Assembly (NCBI GenBank): GCA_963730185.1
Contig: CAVSQW010000007.1
Coordinates: forward strand, 64,001 to 128,000
Direction: 5' to 3'
Length of the DNA stretch: 64,000 nt
Source: an uncultured Gemmatimonadales bacterium
Lineage (GTDB): Bacteria; Gemmatimonadota; Gemmatimonadetes; Gemmatimonadales; GWC2-71-9
Made by a program: the position numbers and the translations under genes. Each line of letters opens with the position of its first letter. The stretch's first letter is position 1. The notes beneath the pieces were generated by a model that saw nothing but the letters and a program-made list of their open reading frames with translations, was not told where the DNA came from and did not search any database. Shown here piece by piece: positions 9,371 to 18,922 of this stretch.

Positions 9371-11586
9371 GCGGCCTCCTTGGAGCCGGCGAGGGGAGCG
9401 TAGGGCTCCTGGGCGCGGCGCCGACGCCGGACCAGGCGGACCATGCCGAAGACGGCGATCAGGATCGGCAGGCCCGCGACGTTGGCGTACTTGACGCCGT
9501 CGCGGAGGCCGTTGCTGGTGAAGATCAGAGGCGGCGGGCGCCGGTCCTTGGCGCGGATCGAGATGAGGGCCTCGTCCTGCGCCAGCCAGTCGACCGCGTT
9601 GAGGGCGAAGACCAGGTTCTCCGGGCTCCGCTGAATGAATTGGTCGGTCGCGAAGATCGCGTTCCCCACGACCACCAGCCGGGGCGCCTTGCCGCCGGCC
9701 GCGCTGTCGGGGGGCGGCGCCACCTGGACCGCCACGATCCGGGGCTCGAGGTTCGAGCTCGGAGGATCGGTGCTCGGGTCGATCGAGGCGGTGCCGCTCG
9801 AGACCCCGCCCGCGTCGGTGGTGACGAACAGCGGCTGAACGCCCTTGCCGGCCGTGGTGTCGATGCTGCTGGTCCAGGCCAGGCCCAGCTCGGTCAGGTC
9901 GCTGTTGATGGTCGACTGTTTGGTGCTCTGGGCCCGGAGGAAGTAGGGGTAGGGCCGGAGCAGCCGGCCGAACGAGGTCGGGACGCCGATCATCTGATTG
10001 GCCCGGAGGTCGTAGACCAGGTCCTGGGCGATGCTGATGCCCCACGGCGCCAACGCCGGGTTCCACTTCACCTTCCGAGTGGTGGCGATCGGCGCCTGCG
10101 GCGAGATCTCCATCCCCGACTCCATCACCAGGGCTTTCCCGCCCCGAGCCAGGTAATCCTTCACCTTGGCGACCTCGTTCGGGGTGCTGGAGTCACTCAC
10201 CGTCGCGAGGACCAGGACCGAGAGGTCGGTGGGCAGCGGAGTCGAGTCGCCCAGCACCGGGTTCTGCACCACGTACGACTTCTCCAGCGCGTCGCGGAGC
10301 TGACCGAACGACCCGGCCTGCGGGTCCGTCACCATCGCCACCTTCGGTTTGGTGGCCCGGGTGAGCCCCCGGATCATCGTGACCAGTCGATACTCGAGGT
10401 TGTCGGTCCGGTCCACGAACGGGATGGTCTCGTGCTTGTCGGCATGCTGGACCACCAGCCCGAGGTACCCTTGCGAGACCTGGAGCTGGGACTGGCCCAC
10501 GACGTTGAACTGGACCGGCACGATGCCGAGGGTCCTGGCGTCTTCCTCCGCCGTCTTGTCGTCGGCCGGGTCCTTCTCCACTACTCGGACCTTGCCGTGA
10601 CCCGCGGCCCGGAGGTCGCGGAGCAGGTCGTCGAGGTCGCGCTTGGTCAGGGCGAAGTCCGACGGCGGGTTGGCGGTCGCGAACACCTTAATCGTGACCA
10701 GGTCGTCCAGCGAGCCGACCACGTCGCGGGTGGCCTTCGACAGCGTATAGGAGTTCCCGGGGGTGAGGTCGAGCCGGCCCCGGATCTGGCCGCCGGCCAG
10801 GTTCACGACCACCAGCACCGCGATCAGGAGCAGCAGGCCGAGCCGGAGCCGGCCGGCGCTCGCGCTGCCCGGCGAGAGCCGCCGGCGGAGGAGCACGGCG
10901 TAGGCCAGCGAAAGAAAGATCGCCGCCAGCGAGAGGAAATAGAGCAGGTCGCGCAGATCGAGGACGCCCCGGCCGATGGCCTCGAAGTGAGAGAGGACGC
11001 CGAGCCGCGCGGCCGCCGCGCCGATCGCGGGCGGGAGGCCCACCAGGAGCGGATCGAGCCCCACCAGGATCAGCAGGAACATGATCGCCACGCCGAGAAT
11101 GAACGCCGTGATCTGGCTCTGGCTGAGACTCGACGCCCAGACCCCCACGGCGGCGAACCCGGCGGCGAGCAGCAGGGCGCCGATGTACTGGGCCACCACC
11201 GGCCCCCAGGGCAGGTCGCTGCCCAGCGCGATCCCGATCGGCACCAGGAGCGTCGTGGCCAGGGCCAGCGCCAGCACCACCAGCACCCCGAGGTACTTGC
11301 CGATCAGGAGCTCGGCCTCGGAGACCGGCTGCGACAACACGATCTCCAGTAACCCGGCCCGGTTGTCCTCTGCCAGCGAGCGCATCGCCACCGCCGGCAC
11401 GAAGAAGAGGAACACCCAGGGTAGAAGGTCCAGCATCGGGCGGAGCGAGGCCGTGTTCGACAGGTACGCGTTCCGGAAGAACATGAACGCATTGATGGCG
11501 AGGAATACCACCAGCAGGACGTAGCCGGTGGGCTGGTCGAACAGCGCCTTGACCTCGCGTCGCGCGATGGTCCAGATCCGGTTCAT
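9367..11586 (-). CDS. ABC-2 permease fused to GldG-family auxiliary domain (GldF-GldG-like fusion)
   Basis: N-terminal multi-TM ABC-2 permease (IARRE, MRSLAED, GKYLG); RLDLT..YTLS, LEYRL and NAVDWL GldG motifs; C-terminal TM. Confidence 0.85.
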   Translation of the reverse strand: MNRIWTIARREVKALFDQPTGYVLLVVFLAINAFMFFRNAYLSNTASLRPMLDLLPWVFLFFVPAVAMRSLAEDNRAGLLEIVLSQPVSEAELLIGKYLGVLVVLALALATTLLVPIGIALGSDLPWGPVVAQYIGALLLAAGFAAVGVWASSLSQSQITAFILGVAIMFLLILVGLDPLLVGLPPAIGAAAARLGVLSHFEAIGRGVLDLRDLLYFLSLAAIFLSLAYAVLLRRRLSPGSASAGRLRLGLLLLIAVLVVVNLAGGQIRGRLDLTPGNSYTLSKATRDVVGSLDDLVTIKVFATANPPSDFALTKRDLDDLLRDLRAAGHGKVRVVEKDPADDKTAEEDARTLGIVPVQFNVVGQSQLQVSQGYLGLVVQHADKHETIPFVDRTDNLEYRLVTMIRGLTRATKPKVAMVTDPQAGSFGQLRDALEKSYVVQNPVLGDSTPLPTDLSVLVLATVSDSSTPNEVAKVKDYLARGGKALVMESGMEISPQAPIATTRKVKWNPALAPWGISIAQDLVYDLRANQMIGVPTSFGRLLRPYPYFLRAQSTKQSTINSDLTELGLAWTSSIDTTAGKGVQPLFVTTDAGGVSSGTASIDPSTDPPSSNLEPRIVAVQVAPPPDSAAGGKAPRLVVVGNAIFATDQFIQRSPENLVFALNAVDWLAQDEALISIRAKDRRPPPLIFTSNGLRDGVKYANVAGLPILIAVFGMVRLVRRRRRAQEPYAPLAGSKEAA

Positions 11587-12524
11587 GATGCGGCCCCCTC
11601 GGTGGTGAGCTCGCGGAACAGGTCCTCGAGCCGCCCCGCCTCCTGGTGGAGCTCGTAGAGGGTCCAGCCCTGCTCGACCGCCAGCCGGAAGACCGCCGGC
11701 CGGAGGTCGATGCCGCTCGCCACCGTCACCGAGATCCGGGTTCGTCCGCCGTCGTTCGCCCGGTGCTCGAGACCGGCCACGCCGTCGAGCGCCCCGACCG
11801 CGGCCTCGATCCCGTCACCGATCGCCTCGATGGTCACCGTCGCCGCGCCCTGGGCCCGGTTGATCAGGTCGGCCACCGGGCCGTCGGCCGCCAGGCGCCC
11901 CCGATTGATGATCAGCAGGCGGGAGCAGGTGTGCTCCACCTCGGAGAGCACATGAGTCGAGAGAATCACGGTGCGGTCCTGTCCCAGGTCGCCGATCAGC
12001 CGGCGGATCTCGACCCGCTGGTTGGGATCGAGCCCCTCGGTCGGCTCATCCAGCACCAGGAGATCGGGTTTGTGGAGGATCGCGGCGGCCAGCCCCACCC
12101 GCTGCCGGTAGCCCTTCGACAGCTCCGAGATCGGCCGGTTGAATACCGGCTCGATCCCGGTGGCGTGGACCGCCTCGTCGATCGCGCGGGGGCGCTCGGT
12201 CGGACCGAGCTCGCGGAGCCGGCCCACGAACGCCAGATACTCGGAGACCAGCATCTCGCCGTAGAGCGGATTGTTCTCGGGCAGGTAGCCGATCCGTCGC
12301 TTGGCCTGCTCGCCCGACTCCGCCAGGGGCGTCCCGTCGAACTGGATGCTGCCGCCATCGGGGTCGAGGTATTGGGTAATCATGCGCATGGTGGTCGATT
12401 TGCCGGCCCCGTTGGGGCCGAGAAAGCCGACCACTTCACCGCGGCCGATCGAACACGAGATCCCATCGACCGCGGTGACGCCGTTGAAACGTTTGGAAAC
12501 GCGATCCAACGAGAGGAGAGCCAT
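11583..12524 (-). CDS. ABC transporter ATP-binding protein (GldA-like)
   Basis: GPNGAGKST, LSKGYRQR, LDEPT and STH motifs; probable start MALLSLD at 12524. Confidence 0.93.
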   Translation of the reverse strand: MALLSLDRVSKRFNGVTAVDGISCSIGRGEVVGFLGPNGAGKSTTMRMITQYLDPDGGSIQFDGTPLAESGEQAKRRIGYLPENNPLYGEMLVSEYLAFVGRLRELGPTERPRAIDEAVHATGIEPVFNRPISELSKGYRQRVGLAAAILHKPDLLVLDEPTEGLDPNQRVEIRRLIGDLGQDRTVILSTHVLSEVEHTCSRLLIINRGRLAADGPVADLINRAQGAATVTIEAIGDGIEAAVGALDGVAGLEHRANDGGRTRISVTVASGIDLRPAVFRLAVEQGWTLYELHQEAGRLEDLFRELTTEGAAS

Positions 12525-12590
12525 GTATGTCCCGTCCGAGGGCTCGGATTCGGGCGTCAGTCTATCGCGGACGCCCGTGAGGTTCAAGAG

Positions 12591-12637
12591 GTGACAACCT
12601 GTCCCGGCGAGATGGCCTCGTCGGGACAAAATGTCAC
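12591..12637. terminator. Stem-loop between MFS and ABC ATPase genes
   Basis: TGTCCCGGCGAG-ATGGC-CTCGTCGGGACA stem extended by GTGACA/TGTCAC; no clear U-tract on the minus strand. Confidence 0.4.
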
Positions 12638-13863
12638 CCCGGGGAGGGTGAGGGCTCCGCCCGGGCGTCCCGGGTGACCCGGAGCGCGAGGAGGAGCGCG
12701 ACGAGCATCATCCCCGCCGCGAGCAGGAACGGTGCCCCGGGCATTCGGACCCGGGCGCTCGCGTCGATGAAGTGGGCGAAGGTGAAGGTGAAGAGCCAGG
12801 GCCCGATCATCCCGGTGACGCCGCGGATGCTGCCGATCGCGCCCTGGAGCTGGCCCTGGTCCGAGGCGCTCACCCGCTGGCTCATCAGGCCCTGCGCCCC
12901 CGGACCGAAGAAGCCGACCGGTGCCCCGAGCACCACGCCCAGCATGAAGGTCCAGCCGGCGGCGGCCACCCCGAAGGTCACCAGGCCGATCAGCCCGAAC
13001 ACCAGCCCGGCCAGGAGCGAGACCCGCTCGCCGAAACGGCGGACCACCGGCCGGACCAGGCCGCCCTGAACGATCACGTTGCCGATCCCGACGGCCGTCA
13101 GCGTGAGACCGATGACCGTCTCGCTCCATCCGTACCGGTAGCCGGCATAGAGCACGAACACGGCCGGAAGCACCTGGTGCGCCACCGAGTAGAGGAAGAA
13201 GACCAGGCCCAGGCCGTAGAGCTCGGGATGCGAACGGAGCAGGCGGAGCGAGCCAACCGGATTGGCCCGCTTCCAGGAGAACGACCGCCGTTGCTCCTTC
13301 GGCAGCGACTCCGGCAGGAGGAAGAGCCCGTAAAGGGCGCCGAGCAGGGTCAGGGCGGCCGCCACCCAGAAGGGCAGCCGGGGGCTGACCGTGCCGAGCA
13401 AACCGCCCAGCGCCGGCCCGAGAATGAACCCAAACCCCCAGGCCGCGCCGATCAGGCCGTAGCTCGCCGCCCGCTTTTCCGGGGGCGTGACGTCGGCGAT
13501 GTAGGCGCCGCCCGTGGTGAACGCGGCGCTGGTGATCCCGGAGATGACCCGCCCCACGAAGAGCCACATCAGGTTGGGCGCCACGGCCATCAAGACGTAG
13601 TCGAACCCGAGGCCGAAGGCCGAGATCACGATCACCGGCCGGCGTCCGACCCGGTCCGAGAGCGAGCCGAGGACCGGCGCGAAGACGAACTGCATCAGCG
13701 CCCATACGGTGCCGAACAGGCCGTAGATCCGGGCCGCCTGGGCGGTGTTCCCATGGAGAAAGTCTTCGATCAGCTTGGGGAGGACCGGGATGATGATCCC
13801 GAACGCGAGGACGTCGAGAACCAGGGTGATGAGGACGAAGGGAACCGCGGCGCGGCGCTTCAT
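12634..13863 (-). CDS. TCR/Tet-family (DHA1) MFS transporter
   Basis: About 12 TM segments, motif [23 protein letters not shown] and LPES; start MKRRAAV at 13863. Confidence 0.92.
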   Translation of the reverse strand: MKRRAAVPFVLITLVLDVLAFGIIIPVLPKLIEDFLHGNTAQAARIYGLFGTVWALMQFVFAPVLGSLSDRVGRRPVIVISAFGLGFDYVLMAVAPNLMWLFVGRVISGITSAAFTTGGAYIADVTPPEKRAASYGLIGAAWGFGFILGPALGGLLGTVSPRLPFWVAAALTLLGALYGLFLLPESLPKEQRRSFSWKRANPVGSLRLLRSHPELYGLGLVFFLYSVAHQVLPAVFVLYAGYRYGWSETVIGLTLTAVGIGNVIVQGGLVRPVVRRFGERVSLLAGLVFGLIGLVTFGVAAAGWTFMLGVVLGAPVGFFGPGAQGLMSQRVSASDQGQLQGAIGSIRGVTGMIGPWLFTFTFAHFIDASARVRMPGAPFLLAAGMMLVALLLALRVTRDARAEPSPSPG

Positions 13864-13873
13864 GAGATGGGCA

Positions 13874-15206
13874 TCATCCCTCCACGATCCCGAGCGGCGG
13901 GCGCGACTGCCAGCGCCCCCGGGTGAAGTCCGGCACCGCGATCGGCTTGCCGCCGGCCCGCGACCGACCGCTCGGTCAGGGCCGAGATCACGCTCCAGGC
14001 GGCCGCGTCGTACACGTCCTGGTCCGTCGGCACGCCCTGCTTCAGGCACTCGATCAGCCGCCAGTCCTCGAGGAAGTCCATCCCGCCGTGCCCGAGGGTG
14101 GCCTGCCGGACCTTCTCGCGTCGCCAGAGCGGATGATCGTACTCGTCGAACCAGCGCTCCACCGGATCCCAGGCGTCCTCCTTGGCGCTCATTCCCTCGA
14201 CGTAGACCCGCCGGGGATAGCCCTCGACCAGTCCCTTGGTGCCCTGGACGACGTACTTCCGGCTGTACGGGCGGGGCGAGTTGGTGTTGAAGCTCAGGTA
14301 AATGGACTGGCCCTTCACGGTCTTGATCAACGACACGTTCACGTCGCCGAGACGATAGCTCTCCTGCCGCTTGGGGCTGTCGGCCGGGACGTGCTCCTTC
14401 GCCCAGGCCTGGAGCCCCCGCGAGGGACCCGACATCGACACCAGATAGTCGAACTGATTGCCCCGGTTGATGCTCATGCACTGGGCCACGGGCCCCAGCC
14501 CGTGGGTGGGGTAGAGATTGCCGTTCCGGTGTACCGCGTGGGCCCGCCGCCAGAGCCCTTCACCCTCGTCGGCGAACTTGATCGCCCGGAGGTCGTGGTC
14601 GTAGCCGCACTCGCCGTGGAGGATCTCGCCCAGGATTCCGAGCCGGGTCAGGTGGAGCGCCAGCATCTCCAGCCGGTCGTAACAGCAGTTCTCCATCATC
14701 AGGCAGTGGAGCCCGGTCTGTTCGGCCGTCTCCACCAGCTGCCAGCACTCGTCCAGGGTCACCGCGGCCGGCACCTCGGTGGCGGCGTGCTTCCCGTGCT
14801 GCATGGCGCTGACGCAGACGGGCACGTGCCACTCCCACGGCGTGGCCGTGAAGACCAGGTCCAGGTCCTCCTCGGCGGTGAGCCGCTCGAAGTCGCGAGG
14901 GCCCCGGTCGTAGCCGGTGGGCTTGGGCTGTCCGGCCTCGACCACCGTGGCCTGCGCCCGGCTCACCTTCTCGGGCACGATGTCGCACACCGCCTTGAGC
15001 TCCACCCCGTCGATCGCCAGCAGGTTCTCGAGGTGGACCGTGCCCTGGCCGCCGATCCCCACCAGACCGATCCGGACCCGCTCCATCGGGCCCCGCCGGA
15101 GCGGCGGATGCCCGGCCGGAAGGGGCCTCACCAGCGGCCCGACCGCGCCGACTGCCAACGCGGCCCGCAAGAGATCCCGCCGGGAGAGGTCGGAGGACGA
15201 GGTCAT
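13874..15206 (-). CDS. Tat-exported Gfo/Idh/MocA oxidoreductase, GH109-like; frameshift near 13958
   Basis: SRRDLLR Tat signal; GIGGQG, TPWEWH, EVP, ENCCY, YPTHGLGP and GHGGMD motifs; the expected C-terminus PDFTRGRW lies in a shifted frame ending at 13874. Confidence 0.88.
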
Positions 15207-15223
15207 GATGGCCGCCCCGCGGC

Positions 15224-16636
15224 TCAGGAGGTCTTCTCGGGCGAGGTCAGCGCCCGGAGCATGTCGTGCCAGAACCGCGACGCGTCGTGGAACTCCTTCA
15301 CCCCCACCCGCTCGTCCCGACCGTGGGCCCGGACGTCGTTCACGTTCTCGAAGATGGCGCTCACGCCATAAACCGGGATGCCCACGTTCCGGACGTAGAG
15401 TCCATCGGTCGCGCCGGTCGACATCTCGGGCACGACCGGAATGCCGGGCCAATACCGCTCCACCAGACGGTCGATCGGCGCCATCACGTCCGGCCGGAGC
15501 GGCGAGGCCGGGCTGGCGGTGGGCTCCGCCGCCCGGCGAAACGAGATCGCGGTGTCGTCCACCACCCGGGCCAGCGTCGCTTGGACCGAATCGGGCGACT
15601 TGCCGGGAAGGATCCGGCAGTTGACCGTGGCCTGGGCCAGCTGGGGCAGGGCGTTGTCCGCGTGACCGGCGAAGAGCCGGGTCGCGACGCAGGTCGTCCG
15701 CATCACCGAGTTCCAATAGGGCGAGGCCGCCGCTACCCGCCGCGCCGCCCCCGGGTCGCCCGTTTCGACCAGGGATCGCATCGCGGCGGCGAGCGGACCC
15801 GTCTCGGTAGCGGCCGTCTTGGCGAAGTAGGCCCGACTCACCTCGTTGAGCTCAATCGGGAAGTCGAACCGCTCCAGCTTGGCCAGGCCGTCGGCCAGAT
15901 GGTAGATCGCGTTGTCGCGGATCGGGATCGAGCTGTGGCCGCCCTTGTTCCGGACCTCCAGGATGAAGGTCAGATACATCTTCTCGCTGGCCTGCACCGA
16001 GAACGCCTGCGGCTTCCCGTCCTGGAGCGCGCCGCCGCCCGCGTCGGTATTGAGCGCGTAGTCGGCGTCGATCAGGTCGCGGTGCTGGCTCACCAGCCAC
16101 TTGATGGCGTCGCCACTCGTCTCCTCGTCGCTGGTGAGCACCATGATCAGGTCGCGATCGGGCACGAAGCCCTCGCGCCGGAGCCGGATCAGGTTCGCGA
16201 TCAGGATGGTGGCGCCCGCCTTGTTGTCGCTGGTGCCGCGGCCGTAGTAGTAGCCGTCCTCTTCCCGGAACTGATAGGGATCGAACGACCAGTCTTCCCG
16301 CCGGGCGTCGACCACGTCGAGATGCGCCATCAGCAGGATTGGCTTTTTGCCCGCCGCCCGCCCCCGGTAGCGGGCCACCACGTTCTGATGGCGGGCGTCC
16401 TTGCCGAGAACCTGGACATCGGCTTCGGGGAAGCCGGCCTGGACCAGCCGGGCCTCGACCCGATGGGCCAGGATCGGCGTGTTGCCCGCCGAGTCGCTGG
16501 TGTTGACCTCGATCAGCGCTTTGAAGATCTCGCGCTCGAGGGCCCGCTGATCGGCTCTGCCCTGCTGCGCCGGGAGCGGGGCGGGCGCCAGCGCCAGGGA
16601 CAGGGCGAGCATCGGGAAGAATGAGGAAAGGCGCAT
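15224..16636 (-). CDS. Secreted M20/M25/M40 family metallopeptidase
   Basis: Signal peptide; AHLDVV, GRGTSDNK, DEE, GGHSS, GATDG and HGRDE motifs. Confidence 0.92.
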   Translation of the reverse strand: MRLSSFFPMLALSLALAPAPLPAQQGRADQRALEREIFKALIEVNTSDSAGNTPILAHRVEARLVQAGFPEADVQVLGKDARHQNVVARYRGRAAGKKPILLMAHLDVVDARREDWSFDPYQFREEDGYYYGRGTSDNKAGATILIANLIRLRREGFVPDRDLIMVLTSDEETSGDAIKWLVSQHRDLIDADYALNTDAGGGALQDGKPQAFSVQASEKMYLTFILEVRNKGGHSSIPIRDNAIYHLADGLAKLERFDFPIELNEVSRAYFAKTAATETGPLAAAMRSLVETGDPGAARRVAAASPYWNSVMRTTCVATRLFAGHADNALPQLAQATVNCRILPGKSPDSVQATLARVVDDTAISFRRAAEPTASPASPLRPDVMAPIDRLVERYWPGIPVVPEMSTGATDGLYVRNVGIPVYGVSAIFENVNDVRAHGRDERVGVKEFHDASRFWHDMLRALTSPEKTS

Positions 16637-16823
16637 GAAACGCTCGGGATTCTCGGGACTCGGGAATTGCTGCGGAGGCCAAATATACGTCGGGTGGCTG
16701 GCGCCGGGCTCGACCGGGTCGTCGCCCGCCTCTTCGCCCCGACCCGGCACCCCTCTCCCGATGGCGCCTGGCCGAGAGGCTTGCGGAATCCGGGATCCGG
16801 GTCGAACGTAGTAGCCGTCGAGA

Positions 16824-16835
16824 TTTGTATACAAA
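16824..16835. promoter_or_regulatory. Palindromic operator candidate (GntR-like)
   Basis: Perfect AT-rich palindrome TTTGTATACAAA between divergent M20 and serine hydrolase genes. Confidence 0.5.
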
Positions 16836-16840
16836 ACTGA

Positions 16841-18808
16841 GTGCCGTGCTCATTCCCGGAGGTCGTCGTGACCGTCCTATTCCGCGCCGCTCGGCCAGTC
16901 GCCCGAGTCGTGTTCGCCCTGACACTCCTCGCGCCGGCCTCGCTGGTCGCCCAGGGGGGTCTGGATTCCAGCGCTGCAACGCCGACCCGTGGGCTCCGCG
17001 GCCCGGCCGAGCTCGAGGCCTTTCTCGACGGCTTCATGGCCACCGCGCTCCGTGACAAGCACGTGGCCGGGGCCACGGTCTCCGTGGTGAAGGACGGGAA
17101 GCTCTACTTCGCCAAGGGGTACGGCTACGCCGACTGGGACAAGCAGGTCCCGGTCGATCCCGAGACGACGCTGTTCCGGATCGGATCGATCAGCAAGCTC
17201 TTCACCTGGACCGCCATCATGCAGCTGGCGGAGGAGGGCAAGGTCGATCTCGGCGCCGACATCAACACCTACCTCGACTTCAAGATCCCCGATACCTACC
17301 CGGAGCCGATCACCCTCCGGAACGTGATGACCCACACGCCCGGGTTCGAAGAAGACCCCCGCGACCTCTTCACGGAGGACTCGGCCCACGTCGAGCCGAT
17401 GGGCCAGTGGCTTCCGAACCACATGCCGGCCCGGGTTCGGCCGCCGGGCACCTTCTCGTCCTACTCCAACTATGCCACCGCGGTCGCGGGGTACATCGTC
17501 CAACGGGTCTCCGGTCTGTCCTGGGACGACTACATGGATCAGAAGATCCTCGAGCCCCTGGGCATGACCCAGGCGACGGGGCGCCAGCCGCTCCCGGCCG
17601 CGCTCGCCCCGGACATGTCGGAGGGCTACGCCTGGAACGGGGGGCGCTTTCAATCGCACAAGTGGGAGTTCATCGTCGGCGCCAAGCCGGCCGGATCGTT
17701 CAGCGCCAGCGCCACGGCCATGGCCAAGTTCATGATCGCCCACCTGAACAACGGTGAGCTGAACGGCACCCGGATTCTCTCCGATTCGACGGCCCGGGTC
17801 ATGCACGCGCGGCTCTTCGGTCACGATCCCCGGCTCAACGGGTTCGCGTACGGGTTCTACGAGAAGTCGAGCCATGGGCTCCGGATCATCGGCCACGGCG
17901 GTGATACCCAGTGGTTCCATTCCGACCTGGCCCTGATTCCGAGCGAGAACGTCGGGGTGTTCGTGTCGTTCAACACCCAGACGGGCGGGGCCCTCAGCTT
18001 TGGGCCGTTCCTGACCGCGTTCCTGGATCACTACTATCCCGACCCGCCGAAGCCGATCGCGCCGGCCGCCGACGCGAAGGCGACCGCCGGGCGCTACGCC
18101 GGCGAATACGTGTTCAACCGGCGGGGCTACACCACCTACTTCAAGGCCGCGAGTCTGGCGGGGTCCCTTCCCGTGTCGGTGGCCGAGGATGGGGCGCTCC
18201 TCCTGGGCACGCCGTTCGGCCAGATGCGGCTGGTCAAGGTGGACTCCCTCCTCTTCCGCGACCTGACCACCGGCGAGCTGGTGGCCTTCGGCAAGGACCA
18301 GTCCGGCGACATCAAGGAGCTCTTCCTCTCGGCGGCGCCGATGATGGTGGGCGACAAGATGAGCGGCCTCCAGTCGCCCAAGCTGCACCAGTTCCTGCTC
18401 GGGCTCGGCTTCGTGATGTTCTTCGGGATCCTGCTCGCCGCGGTGATCCGGTTCTTTCTTCGCCGGAGCGACGGCCGCCCCGCGCCCGACCGCCCGATCG
18501 TCACCGGCCGCCGGCTGATGGTGGCGGCGGCGCTCGCGATCATCGCGTTCCTGCTGATTCTGGTGGTCGCGGCGTCGTCGAGCCCGGGGTTCATCACCTC
18601 CGACCCGACCTTCGGCCTCAAGGCCCTGCTCGGCCTGCCGGTGCTCTCGCTGCTGTTCGTGCTAGGCGCCCTCTGGGTGCTGGTGACCCAATGGCGGAAG
18701 AGCGCCGGCACCGTTTGGATGCGGCTCCGGCACACCCTGGCCGTGGGGATGGCCCTGATCTTCTTCTGGTCGCTGAATACCTGGAACCTGCTGGGCTGGA
18801 GGATGTGA
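16841..18808 (+). CDS. Beta-lactamase-family serine hydrolase with C-terminal TM helices
   Basis: SISK, YSN and HGG catalytic motifs; about 4 C-terminal TM segments; exact start uncertain (16841 or 16868). Confidence 0.9.
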   Translation: MPCSFPEVVVTVLFRAARPVARVVFALTLLAPASLVAQGGLDSSAATPTRGLRGPAELEAFLDGFMATALRDKHVAGATVSVVKDGKLYFAKGYGYADWDKQVPVDPETTLFRIGSISKLFTWTAIMQLAEEGKVDLGADINTYLDFKIPDTYPEPITLRNVMTHTPGFEEDPRDLFTEDSAHVEPMGQWLPNHMPARVRPPGTFSSYSNYATAVAGYIVQRVSGLSWDDYMDQKILEPLGMTQATGRQPLPAALAPDMSEGYAWNGGRFQSHKWEFIVGAKPAGSFSASATAMAKFMIAHLNNGELNGTRILSDSTARVMHARLFGHDPRLNGFAYGFYEKSSHGLRIIGHGGDTQWFHSDLALIPSENVGVFVSFNTQTGGALSFGPFLTAFLDHYYPDPPKPIAPAADAKATAGRYAGEYVFNRRGYTTYFKAASLAGSLPVSVAEDGALLLGTPFGQMRLVKVDSLLFRDLTTGELVAFGKDQSGDIKELFLSAAPMMVGDKMSGLQSPKLHQFLLGLGFVMFFGILLAAVIRFFLRRSDGRPAPDRPIVTGRRLMVAAALAIIAFLLILVVAASSSPGFITSDPTFGLKALLGLPVLSLLFVLGALWVLVTQWRKSAGTVWMRLRHTLAVGMALIFFWSLNTWNLLGWRM

Positions 18809-18811
18809 GGA

Positions 18812-18922
18812 TAGGGAGTAGGGAGTCGGGAGTGGTGAGTAGGGAGTGAGTCGGGAGTAGGCAGTAGGGGAGTTCCCAAGGCCCTGCTCCCTACTCACCA
18901 CTCCCTACTCCTTTTACTCCCG
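18812..18922. repeat. Inverted heptamer-repeat hairpin, copy 1
   Basis: GGGAGTA GGGAGTC GGGAGTG GTGAGTA... followed by CTCCCTA CTCACCA CTCCCTA; between convergent genes. Confidence 0.85.

Noticed and set aside
12634..18808. Antibiotic resistance genes (tetA, beta-lactamase)
   Set aside because: Only family-level similarity. No TetR or mobile context, and these families are mostly not resistance determinants.
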